DNA of 64,000 bases from Trichoplax adhaerens. Lineage: Eukaryota > Animalia > Placozoa. Shown here piece by piece: positions 12,701 to 24,866 of this stretch (position 1 is the first letter of the stretch; every line of letters begins with the position of its first letter). The notes below the pieces were generated by a model. It ran no database searches. It was not told where the DNA came from and saw only the letters and a program-made list of their open reading frames with translations. The position numbers were made by a program, and so were the translations under genes. The stretch spans positions 5,443,397 to 5,507,396 of the forward strand of contig NW_002060945.1 in NCBI RefSeq assembly GCF_000150275.1. The letters are read 5' to 3'.

Positions 12701-15700
12701 ACCTGGAAAGCAAAATTTTTATCATATCAATAATACTGTGATATACGTATACCCTCTGCTATAGCCTATAACCAAGCAATATCATTATATTACTTTTTCT
12801 TTCTCTATTCTTTCATATTCCTCTTTATTATAAAGCATCAAGGCTCGATTCTCTTTCATTAGTGTTGAATTCTTGTCGGTTAGGCTCTAAATGGTTAAAA
12901 AAAATGAAGTATTCATAAATCAATGTATATTATCATATCGATCTTGGTCACTAGAATAGCAAGATTTTCTAGTTTAACCGTTAAATGTTACTCTGGTAGC
13001 TTATCTAAAATCTACTTATCACCACAATTGCTCTCCTACATTTAAGGAAGAATTCCAATATTCCTCTTTGTTGCTTAAATCATTCCTATGTATTGTTATG
13101 ACCTCCTTGAACATAGTGATTTTGCTGTTGTGATGAGTTCTCAAATTAATAACGAAATGATTGAATTGATTCTACAAGGGAGTCGATGTTCAATAAAATA
13201 ATACCCGATTAAACTTGGAAATAATTGATATCTCAAATTGAAGAGAATATAACGTCAATAGTTTTACTTGTGTATCATCTTCAATATTCTTATAAGTTTC
13301 TTCAATTTGGGTTACAATACTCAAGTGATTGGCTTTCATTTTCTTCATATCTTCGGTAATCTATTTTATAACATCGAGAATATCATACAAAGTTTATGAA
13401 AGATACTACATTAGGTTAAGTACTGACTAAGCAAATTCAAATAAGCCATCGTCGAAGAACAGCTACCTTAGTGAGACAATCTTTTGCTTGACTCCACGGC
13501 ACATAAGCACTGGATTGAAGCGCTGTTACAGGTTGGGCAAGAAGTGAATTATTGGATGATCTTCGATCTTCGCCAGCTAAATTATAAATGTCAAAGTAAA
13601 GCTTTGTATTTCATGATGTGTATACTACGGCTAACTAAATCGGTACATAATATATTTACGATATTTTCAAATTGACATAATCATATTGAGATACTAACCA
13701 CGTTCTCGGATAGATCCAGTAACAGATTTTTTGGATATATTGGATCCACGCTAATATAAGAAATAGCACAAGTAAATTGAGACACATTGAATAAAAAATG
13801 TTAGATTCTGTCCATACACTTTAAAGTCATTAACGTAAAGATTCGATACTTACTCTGGATAACGATTCATTCTTTTCATTTTGTCTTTCTATTTCTGAAA
13901 GGGAACGTAAGCTAGTAACACTTCCAGATTGTTCACCATTAGTGACATTTTTATTAGAACGAACACTTGTTGTACTACCCATAGGTTGCGAAGATTCTCC
14001 TTTAGTTTGTTGGCCATTGCGTAAACTAGATCGACTACCTGTCAGCTGAGTCGTTTCGCCGTTAGCTTGTTCGATTTTAGGTAAACTTATCTTGTCTCCT
14101 GTCTCAACAGGAGTATTTTCACCAATGATTTCTTCCTTTAAGTTGATTTTACTACCAGTTTGATTGGCATTATCGACTGGTTCTTTACTTCGTACACTGA
14201 TTACACTGCCAGATTTAGAGTTTGCAGTTTGATTTTCTGCAGGTTGTTGGCGATTTCTTAAACTTACTTGGCTCCCAGTTTTAGAATTTGGGACGTTTTC
14301 TGATACTTGTTGATTTCGAAGACTGACTTGACTTCCAGCTTTGGAATTTGGAATTTTAGTATTCTCTGATGCTTGTTGATTGCGTACGCTGACTTGACTT
14401 CCAGCTTTGGAATTTGGAATATTAGTGTTCTCTGATGCTTGTTGATTGCGAACACTAGCTTGACTTCCAGTTTTGGAATTTGAAATGTTAGTATTCTCTG
14501 ATACTTGTTGATTGCGAACACTAGCTTGACTTCCAGATTTAGAACTTGGAACTTTTTTCTCATTCGATTCCGGCTGTTTTTGAAGATTTGGATTGCTATT
14601 AGTTACTGCTGAATCTGTAGCTGGTTGTTGTTTTTCACGTAGACTAGCGTGGCTGCCGTTGATGGTAGGCTCGTTTCCGTTTATGACCTTAGCTTCTGCA
14701 TTATTTTCGTCTATAAGAAGTTGGATAAGGATAAGAGATAAATTCTTTTTAGAACTTTTAGGACGTATTGATTAATGCTACATCAACGCATAAATTAGTA
14801 ATCGAATATTTTATTAAGTTGAATCAGACCTTTTGCAGCTTTCTTATTCGCTGAGGCTGGTCGGCTTGGCGTTTCTTCCACCATGAAAGCATTACGTTTA
14901 GCGGATGGTGGTCGACTATTGCTAGCATCATTTTTACTACTCTTGTTTGCTGTGCTAGGCCTACTCGTGTTAACTTCTTGTTTCTTTGCGGCTGACGTGG
15001 GACGACTACTCGCTTGTTTATTATCTTCTGTGCCATTAACTGTCTTTGGTTCTGAAGATGATTCTGCATTAGGTTTGAAGCCATTTTTAGCTGATCCTGG
15101 TCTAGCCGTTGCGGATGGTGGACGCCCTGATTTGGATGCAGTTCCAGGACGTTGGCTAGCACTTGTTGGTCGACTCTGTGAGGGATTGATTTATTTTTAG
15201 TTAGACTAATTTAATTGTATATTGGTTTCTGAAGGTACGATTAAATTAATTCAGTTCTTCATCTATTAATACTACTATACCTGAGGAGGACCCATAGGCT
15301 CATCTACTATCGATCCAGGCAAGCTGGCAACATCGGCAGCAATAGAATGTGTTGTGCTATGAATACTAGCGGTTTCTGGATCTTTTCGTTGTTGGACAAC
15401 GACATCGTGTTCATTGTCATCAACTTTTTGATTATCAAATTCTTTAATTCGACTTTTTCCGGCGGAAGATCCTAGAATTGATTACATTTAAAATAAAAAT
15501 TAAGATATAGCCTGTTTAAAGGATAATTATCTCATTTTACAAGTTTATGTATCGAGAATATTTTAAAATTTTTGACTACAACTCATTCCAATACGGGTCC
15601 TCCATTATGATGCTTAAAAAAAGTACTCTCTTCATACGACATTTAATCAAATTACCAGTACTTGAAATTTCCATATTAATTTATGCTGTTGATAAGTTTA

Positions 15701-16396
15701 TTCTGTTTAACTTGTTATAATAGAATGTTATTTACAGTTACGCTTATAATATTCTGCAACTTTGAACTATCGGTTGATCCGGTAGTACGGTATTAATTAG
15801 TAGACATTATAACTTTCTAACGATAATCATAATTGTCATATCACCTATGCGACGATTTTATTTTCTCAAACATTTGTGGCCTAGCATTACAGTTAGGATT
15901 GATGATACTATTCTTTTCTAACTATAAAAAATATTTTGCAATGCAATATACTGAGAAGCGCTTAAGTAAAATGGATGCTGTGATTTTTTTCTAATACGTC
16001 TATCAGTGTTCGATACAGCGGGTATCAAGAAAATAAAATCTTCCTGACTAGATTATCAACGTTATCATTGGCATTGAATTATATCTTTAGTTACTTTTAT
16101 AGGACGATAATATAGACTATCAAGCGATAAATTACTTTATTCCTGATTATTGTAGTATAAAGCGTATTATGCTTTGATTAATAGTCAAGATAAATACGAC
16201 CACCATATTATTTTATTGGCATCGCCCAGAATACAATACTATAGAATCCCTAAAAATGATGTTTTATCCTCTTCAAAAAGGATAAAATTTTATCATTCCA
16301 GTTACTAGATTGATGATTACCTCGTTTATTACTTCCAGATTGTACCGCAACTGGTTCTACCTTGGTTTTGCGTTTTTTAACGGCTACGGAAGCCAT
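3736..16396 (-). CDS. Kinesin-14 with C-terminal motor, KCBP/kinesin-C-like; low-complexity repetitive N-terminus, long coiled coil, C-terminal putative calmodulin-binding helix; many exons
   Basis: Minus-strand exons encode [115 protein letters not shown]...[16 protein letters not shown]; first exon [10 protein letters not shown] (ATG 16396); stop at 3736-3738; coiled-coil exons between ~6900 and 13400. Confidence 0.92.
5502..5627 (-). other. U12-type (minor spliceosome) intron, AT donor, most likely AA acceptor
   Basis: Minus strand: exon ...AAVNSE|ATATCCTTTT; branch site TTCCTTGAC; the frame of the next 33-nt exon ([11 protein letters not shown], 5469-5501) requires a phase-0 acceptor. 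Confidence 0.85.
5890..6121 (-). other. U12-type AT-AC intron interrupting the P-loop (GSGKT)
   Basis: Minus strand: GGA AAA AC|ATATCCTTTTT ... TACCTTAAC TATATTTAC|T TAT ACC ATG; splicing restores [13 protein letters not shown]. Confidence 0.95.
7965..8188. repeat. Diverged ~114-bp tandem duplication in a kinesin intron
   Basis: aagtaataatc..ttaagttgattccaatactatagcaggtctcatctattga..aaaatgctta recurs at 8079 with substitutions. Confidence 0.85.
14190..14550 (-). repeat. Coding minisatellite (~60-bp unit, 20 aa, e.g. [22 protein letters not shown]) in the kinesin N-terminal tail
   Basis: 5-6 near-identical units visible (ttgattgcgaacactagcttgacttccag and variants), read in the kinesin frame. 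Confidence 0.85.
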
Positions 16397-16646
16397 GTTT
16401 ATTAGTTTGATTTAATATGCTTCGATGATTATTCGACGGTATATTGATACACTGTTCGCTCTCTCTTACTATAAGTATATGACATCCAGCGGAGATTCTA
16501 TTGGAATACAGTAGAAACTTGATCCATGAACAGTTTTATGATCCTTTTAACATCGATGATTCTATGAAACAATATAGCTAAAAATGGATATGATAGAATG
16601 TATAAGATTACAATTAGCCTAACAGACGTCATTAACCAATGATCTG

Positions 16647-16661
16647 GTTGCTAATGGCAAC
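16647..16661. promoter_or_regulatory. Candidate RFX X-box upstream of the kinesin gene (CCAAT at 16636-16640 and a CRE TGACGTCA at 16684-16691 nearby)
   Basis: GTTGCT-AAT-GGCAAC is a near match to the RFX consensus GTNRCC-N0-3-RGYAAC, ~250 bp 5' of the kinesin ATG. Confidence 0.55.
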
Positions 16662-17067
16662 ATGAAGTGGAAACAAAGGTTGGTGACGTCACGAATATGG
16701 GCTCGGTATGGACTCTTTCTGCACGCTTTGCACTGCGCAGTAGCAGTAAGCTGTAAACTATTACAAAATTTTAATCTTGTGTATAGTGTATCATACAATC
16801 AGCATGACAGTACGATCATTATGGAGCACCGTACTATGTACAGTATCGTATGCTATCTTGGAGACTTTGGTTACTTACTGTCCCTTTTCATCTACTTTAA
16901 CTCGTTATATCCGATATACATTGCTGTACACTGTCTATATAAGTCTATGATACATTACTGTACATGACTGCAACGAATTAAATATTGATTTAAATCGAGC
17001 TAACTTTACGTTTGCAACACTATACTGCATACGAGCGTATAATAATCCCCATTTGTATCTTTTTATA

Positions 17068-17135
17068 CAGTGCACAGTACACAGTACTTAACAAAGTACG
17101 GTACACTGTACACTGTAGTACAGTACGGTACGGTC
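17068..17135. repeat. ACAGT/ACTGT array in the kinesin/TAF1C divergent promoter region
   Basis: cagtgcacagtacacagtac...gtacactgtacactgtagtacagtacggtacgg. Confidence 0.75.
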
Positions 17136-17475
17136 TGTATCTAGTAGTCCATCGTAAAGGTAAATATCCCCCTTTACGTTATACTGTAGCTATGTAGTAT
17201 CTCAAAACGACAGGCCTTACCAGTCTATTTAGCTATTATAATAAGCCGATCTAGAATAGCTCAATAAAATATTTCGATAGTGCAGCAGCAACGCAACTTG
17301 CAAAAGCTGCTCAATTGAGCTGGAAAGCCTCACGGTATAGTGGATTTCTAAGTTATAATGACAAGGAAAGAATGATTCTTGTTCTACAGTATTGTTTAAA
17401 CAACTTATACGAATATGCTACCAAAGTATAGCATCGTATAGAAGCCTGCGGTAGAGGGACAAGCCAAAAACCATC

Positions 17476-20400
17476 ATGTCCAGAAAAAAGCAAGACTTGC
17501 AAGCTTCAGATCGCTTTCCTGCTGCAAACTTTTCATATTCTAGCCGATCTAGAAAATCTCTTTCCTTTGTAGATTATGGTGAAAGTCCTGCATATTTATT
17601 TAAGCTCAGCAGTTGCAATGACGATAGAACAACTTTTGGACGTGAAGCTATTATACGCAAGCATCACGGAAATGGTAAAACTTTTATTGCATCTTGTATG
17701 CTACAGTCGGACATTAATATAAACTACATACTGACAAATACCTCTCTTCAGTTCCACAGTAGTTTTTTGCATTCGTACATTGTTGACTGTTGCATGGTGA
17801 TCTTATCTCGATCTCATTTGATCGTATATTGCAAGGGCTGCAGAAGCTGAGTTCGTACTGCACTCAGCTATAACATACAGCAGAGGACAAAATAATTACT
17901 GCTAAACAAGAGACTAATAAAAATCTACGTAGATTGAGTTGTACTGTACTGACAGTGAGTTGGTAATGATTATTCTATCTACTGCTCTATTCAACGTACG
18001 CTCGCATATTCTAACATCAGATGATAAATTTCAATTGCTGTACTATTCAAGCTGTGAAAGCAGTTAGAAGATGGACGCATCAATAGTTGAACGTGTTATT
18101 GATAAGATTGTGTAAATTTCTGAAAGTGAATAGAAATAGCATCTTTTGCATGTATGTTATTGATAATATGTTTTCATTATTGGTAGATTCTAAGCTAAGC
18201 CTTATTGCATCACAGCCGACACTACCTTTGACGATGCCGAATGCAAGTATGTTGTAGAAGGAAGACCTTGTAATTATAGAATTGAAATTTAACTTTTGAG
18301 CTACATTGTGTAACCTCTTCCTATACGCATACTGCAGTTTATTTGCATGTGTCGCCCATTAGTACTGATGGAAGTTGACCAACTTATAAATGCAATTATC
18401 CGACATATTTTTAAGGAATTCACGAAAACTTCGGTCCAATTAGTGCTATCACTACTAATGTGCAAAACCAGGTAACATCCCTGCTGATGTTATGAAGACT
18501 TTTTTAGCCTTTAACTCGTAATTAAAGTAATAGCTTAGGATAATTAAAATACTACTTCAAGGTTACTGTTACCAGAACGTGATATACTGTGGTATCTATA
18601 GCCTAAGTTAATGCAACAATTTCTTTTAAAATTACATATTAGATACTGTATTTCCAAAATCGTTATGATGATGTTATCTTCCAATCTTTACGCAGTCTTT
18701 TTGGATATGAATTAAAAGATAACATAAAGTTCTCCAAGGTTGTATAGAATACTTTGCACTGTTTCGTCACAGCTTATAGTATGCACATTGGAAGATACTA
18801 TAAAATAGCTTTTATTGAGTTACCTTTTTTATGACTAATTTGTTACCATAAATGATATTTGAATTATGATCTAGACAAATCATGGACACACTCTATCTTT
18901 GAGTGAAGCTATAGTTGATCTACCCTTAGATTTACTCGAAGAGTACCTTGGTGAAAGTTTAGAAATAGAAAGAAAAAAATCGGTATGTTATCGTTATTGA
19001 AAGCGATACATATTGATTTTGATTGCTAGTAATTAACATAACTACACAACTATGATGAAACTTAGCAATTTTTAGATAGCTAACATTTAATTTCTTTGCA
19101 GACGGAAAATTGCTTCCACGGTAATTGTATTTCGTATCACCCTTTTGATAACAGTGCCAATAAAGCTAACGTAAAAGCTAATGGAATCCTGATATATCCT
19201 AGTGGCAAATCTCATAGCATTTTAAGTATGATATCGATTACATTTATTTGTATAGAATTACCTGAATGATCGATTCATAGTTGACACTCTGATATAGATG
19301 CGGCAATGATTAAGAGCGAATTAAAAGATTATCACTTTGCGAATAAACTCCCATTTTGCAGCCTAAAACTGAGCAAAAAGCAAAGTTTTGCAATAAATGG
19401 ACAAATCCATGAAATAACACCAGTTATTGGCAGTAAGAAAATCTTAACTTGTTGACGGCTTCATTGGTAAAGCTTTCAACTAATTCTTGCTATAATTAAT
19501 TATTGAAGATCTTGTAGGCGTGAGGGCTGACTATAATTGTGCCTTATTAAAGGTAACAAGATATTTTACTAATATTATTTAAATTAGAAGCTTCCTTGAA
19601 TGATATTTCGATTGACTATTAATTACAACAGGTGAAGTGCCATGATATCGGAAATTTTCTCAATAACGATGATGTAAGCGATGATTTCCCTGAAATTTCT
19701 CTATTGAAGTAGCTAATTTAATTGATTGTGTAATTATTTTCAGATCGAGTGTAGTTTTTTAGAATGTTGCAGTACATTTCAATTGAACTATCCTCCCCGA
19801 TCAATTTGTCTTAAGTGAGTTTGTATTTAGATATAAAGTTATTTCTTATATGCGAAAGTAAAGATATGAATAATTAGATTACCACTTTAACGCAGTCCTT
19901 ACATTAATGGGGAAATGGCTATCGTTTGCAGTTCAGGTGGTATACAAGTCTGGTCTGAATCAAATGGGTAAGCATAAATTCCTCTTTTGCTAGTAAATTA
20001 TAATAATTATATTACTCCTCTAAGATATTGAGGTGAATCTAATTTGCAGATCTCGAGAAATACGGGCAAATAGTAATTATTTATCACATGAGGAGCTGCT
20101 TTCATCGTGGTACGGCTGTCAATTTGCTGGTCATCCGAGACTTCTTGCGGTTGCGTCTTCAAGTGATTTCGATCTTATAGATTTTAGGGTCTGTATAAAA
20201 TGAAAAATTAATATTAACAACAATTTTATGAATCTTGCACTTAAGGAATTTTTTTTCGTATAGGTAAAGCCTTTAAAGCGACGAAGCTTGTTTGCAATTC
20301 CCACATCACATTTACTAATAAATGAGAAGTTCGTCGCAATACAACGCCATTCTCGCCCATTTTACCATCTTCTTGGTACACAACAGTCTTTACTGTTACT

Positions 20401-22640
20401 GGATGAACGTTTTCCATCTCATCCGGTTAATTTCTTACTTTTGTATATCTGACGTTTGGTATTAATTATTCCCGGCACTGTAGTAATGGCATATTTGATC
20501 TGCTGATAGGTGTTGAAATGGCGACATCATTTACGTTCTAATCCCTTTTGCATATCAACTGTCCAAGACATTTTTTCTAACCAACCTGATGGTATTTGAT
20601 AGAAAATATATAGTAGTTGATATATATACTTTACTTTTATACAGCTACGTTAGATGTGAATCATTATGATGTACTTGCTGGCATAATACAGCAATTCAGC
20701 TAGAGATTTTCTATACCTAAGACAAACTGACATGAAAAATTTTTCTCTGACATAGATCTCGCATTGATTGGTAGCTATAATTCGCACGAAATACATTGTT
20801 ATCAGTTCACTAGTAAGAGATATTGTAATATTAAATTTCATTCTTAAGGTTTATGATTAAATGTAATGCCGTTATGTATACATTATTCCCTTCGACAAGT
20901 ATTTTCAGTTACTGTAAATGCATTTTATTTCAGCTGCTACAGCTTCTACTGCTCCGATCGTGCCATTATTAGATCGAGAAGACTCTTGTGTTGGGCCACC
21001 GCGGTCGACAGAATTACACTGGCAGATATCGAATTACAGGTAAAGCTACATTAATAGTTTGAGCCGTATAGCTTCGTCATTTAATGTAACTTAACTAGTA
21101 TACTAACTTCTTTAATTGGCTATATGGTAGTGAATGGCCGGCTCTCATTAATAAGGGAAAGCTTGGACTATGGTTAGCTTCTGATAAGAGACTCGATGCA
21201 CCACTAATTGGAATGACAACAGTATCTCACGATGCAAGTGAAGGTGGTGGTCTACATGTGATTCAGGCAAGCATTTATTCAGTATGAAGTTAAATGTGAA
21301 ACTGTAACAAAGCTACACTCCATTATTACAAAAATATATATTGTTTACACCTGATATATTTGGTTATTGATGAAATAGCTGTCAGCTTGTGGCGATATAT
21401 TCTACCAAACATATGCCACCGTTGAGAGAAACAGAATGTTACTAGGCTTGGAAGATTACGATAAAACTTGCAGCCTTCACTTTTGCCAGTCTGTGCCGGA
21501 AACTCCAGATTTTATTAAGCAGTTGTGCTTAGATTGGAGTTATCAAGCAGAACAAATTCACAAAGTATAAAATTGATAAATTTAGAATTCTTCTACCAAT
21601 ATTTTATTATTCTTGCACTTTATAACTTATCATAGGACTTAGAACACAAGCAAGGAGGGACTGTTTCGTATGATTACAACTTGTTATCCGCATCAGATCT
21701 TCGCCAATGTATGAATTACTTTTCTAGACTCACAAATTATACTTTGGATGTTGTCTTTAATAGTTTATTTGATCTTCTGATTAGGTCTTATAGATACTAC
21801 AGCTACGCAAGATTACCTCTGTCCTTGTTGTCAGAGATATCCCGAAAATATACAGTCGATTAATTCTTCACATAATTTCAATTTAAATTCTCAACAATGC
21901 AGCTGCGGTCTGACAACAGATAAATCAACTGTACTTTTTAATGCTTACAAGGAAGGCGCCATTTTAAAAAGTAATGGTGATACACGTAATGAGGCCAGCG
22001 ATTTAATACTTGTTCAAAATCCAAAGAGTTTTTCTGATCAATTTAGTAAAAACATATGGTCTATTTGGGATATTAATGAAAATATTGGTAGGCCTAGTTC
22101 CGGAAGACAAAACTTACAATCATCAGATATGGTACAAAGTTTTCAACAAAGAGAAATATTATCAGGATCCCAAACTGAAACTTTACTCAATGATCCAGTA
22201 ATAAATCCCAGTAGAACATCTCAGCTACCACAATCTTCGACTTTAAATGTTAGTAAGACTCATTTCTTGCTGTTCTTATTATAGTTCTCCACTACATTTA
22301 GTTGATGTTTATCGGTTTATCGTTACCATTATTATAAATGAAAAGATGTGCGCATTTCGTGATTTATTCATTTGAACTTGTAACGTCGTGATAGATTCGA
22401 GAAAATAATAACCGAAAAAGAGTAAGCGAAAGTAATAAAGGTAAGGATTTGCGATATATTTATAGTGTTTATTATGGTTAATTGGGAGCTATAATTTTGA
22501 ACGATGTTGTGAAACAATGCCATCGATCTCAGATTTAATCATTCCAACACACAGATAGCCGGAGACGTTTATCCACGCGGCTGTCGGATAAGAGTGCCAA
22601 GAAAACGAATAGGTCATTACGGACTAAAATTGGATTCTAA
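17476..22640 (+). CDS. TAF1C: TAF1C-like (RNA polymerase I SL1/TIF-IB subunit C), multi-exon
   Basis: Exons encode WYGCQFAGHPRLL, LLGTQQSLLLLDERFPSHP|VLKWRHHL, RLDAPLIG, VIQ|LSACGDIFYQ and C-terminal ...RTKIGF* (stop 22638-22640), matching remembered TAF1C motifs (LDERxP.P.LKW.H, QLS..GD.FYQ, terminal GF); several internal exon boundaries are approximate. Confidence 0.78.
21267..21378 (+). other. GC-AG intron in the TAF1C-like gene
   Basis: GTG ATT CAG|GCAAGC ... AAATAG|CTG TCA GCT TGT GGC GAT restores the conserved QLSxxGDxFYQ. Confidence 0.75.
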
Positions 22641-23664
22641 ACAGTGTTTGATCTAATGTTTTTATTTGTTAACTGTTTGTATTATTGTGTAAATATGTTT
22701 AAGTTATCATGTACGTGTGTACAAAATTAAACAAATTTATATATGGTGCCAATACCTAGGCTGATTTCAGGACCTGCAAACTCATAATTTATGTCTAACT
22801 ATGTCATATCACAACGCTTTAATTTTTAATGATATTGAAAATTTGAACCATTTGTTTATGCTATAAGAAAGCTTGCGTTTCATTTGCTGCTGTTATTATT
22901 ACCTAAATATAACCAAAAATATATTTATAGCGTGAAAAGCTTCTTATGCTAAATTTTAATAGGACTGACAGCATCAACTAAACTTCAGATTTATTACTGG
23001 ATATACGAAAGTTATAATTAATGTAACACATATATGTAAATGTGCTCTGTATATCTAGTACGAAGATACTTATATCTAACCTGCGAGTATATGTACAGCT
23101 TAAGATGGGAGTTATAAAGTGAAATCTGCAAGCTACCATACGAAACAAATTATCAAAATTGTTATAATTCTTGATCGTTTCAAGTTAACCTATCACCAAG
23201 GAGTGACAACACATCCTCTATGTTTTATGTTTTATAATATTAGAAGTTATCCTGTATTAAACTTATCCGTGAAAGTGATTTAATATTCAGATTAGAATTT
23301 TTTCGGTGGCATATGTTGACTACGCTATAAGCTTGTATTTCCTAAATACTTGTATCATAAGTAATCTAATTTTGTTGCAAGTACTGATAAGAATTCTAAT
23401 ATCAATCGCATATTGGGTATGGCTATTATCAAATCTGAACTGGTGATAACATATCGACAATATCGTCTGTTTATTGAAGCCCTTTAAGTTAAAGGATGAG
23501 TATAGTACTTAAATTACTATCCTTATCCAGTACAAGGCAAGATGTGTTAAATCATGGACTACTGATTAAATGCAACACAATTTATCGTCAGTTAACCTCA
23601 TAAGTACTACGAATGCACCTATAGTATTATACAGTAATGCACAAATCCAAAGCTATTAAATCGT

Positions 23665-23678
23665 GTTACTATGGAAAC
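23665..23678. promoter_or_regulatory. Candidate 14-bp RFX X-box upstream of the LRRC61-like gene
   Basis: GTTACTATGGAAAC fits GTHNYY-AT-RRNAAC exactly; ~1.2 kb upstream of the ATG with probable 5'UTR exons in between (donor near 23983). Confidence 0.6.
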
Positions 23679-24866
23679 GTGGATTCTAATTGTATTTGTA
23701 GTAAGGCTAACGTTGTATTACTGCAGATTATAATATTATACATCTGATATCTCACGGACGGAATGCAAGCTTCAATTCATCGTTAAATAACTAAGTTAAT
23801 GGTGAATAAGTAACTTGGCGTAAGCTTCAACATCATTAATTAATTATACAGTATATTTGATAGAGTGCATGCTACAAATAGTGAGTACCAGTAGTATACA
23901 TATTAGCTTGCAATTGAGGGTAATTGTAACGAGCTCGACTTTACGAATTTATCAAGCAGGTTTCATACCATACAATGCATTGGTAAGTTGTATTCATTTA
24001 CTGTTATCTAATTTAGCAATTACAGAACTGATCTTTGTTAACATTAGATATGGTTTAGGCCAGCGTAGTAGTGAAGATGTGTTGCTATCAGACGAATATA
24101 GTTATTGTATAGCTTTGACTCATCGGCACATCAAATTCGATATCATGAAAGTGTTAAGATTATGAGCTATCATATAAGATTTTTTTATTGCTCGGCTGAT
24201 TTTCTAGTAGCTGGAATGTACAAGAGATATTATGATGATACATTGCCCAATATACCGTAATATCATATCAACAGCTATAGTGATAATCGTTGCTCATAAC
24301 ATCTTTTTATGAGGCGGTAAATATGCAAGATAAAGTAGCAAAGTACAAGTATTTTTCCATAATGCTCAACATCTGTTCTATCTTTATCCTAATAGGTTAA
24401 GCTTTATTTATAAAACGGTATTGTAAACAATATTACAGTGCTCGTTTACTAACTCTTCATTGTACATCACATTATAGAATAAGCAATAGTATGATGATAG
24501 TAGACATATCACAATTCATCTTGACATTTAACATTGATTTGATCTACATTGAAACTCATTTATCTAATGATACCATGAACAATTTTATTCATTTACTATT
24601 ATATATATATTATCACATCACCTCATATTCCATAAAAAACCCAACAGTATATGCATGTTGATAGTTAGCAGACCAACACACTAATCAGACCTAAATTCGT
24701 AAATTTATTTTCATTAACGTAAGATTTGTATATCAGCTTCGGTATTATAGACATTATTATACTACTATTATGTTAAATTAGGTTGGCTTTAGCTAGCTCT
24801 TCATTTCACCATTTAAGTAATATACTGTAGAAGAGGAAATTAAAAATAATACGACGAATCTCTAAA

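Noticed and set aside
14264-15200. ORF-track entries 14264-14563(-), 14593-14775(+), 14824-15162(-) and 14883-15200(+)
   Set aside because: Off-frame or antisense shadows of kinesin low-complexity exons
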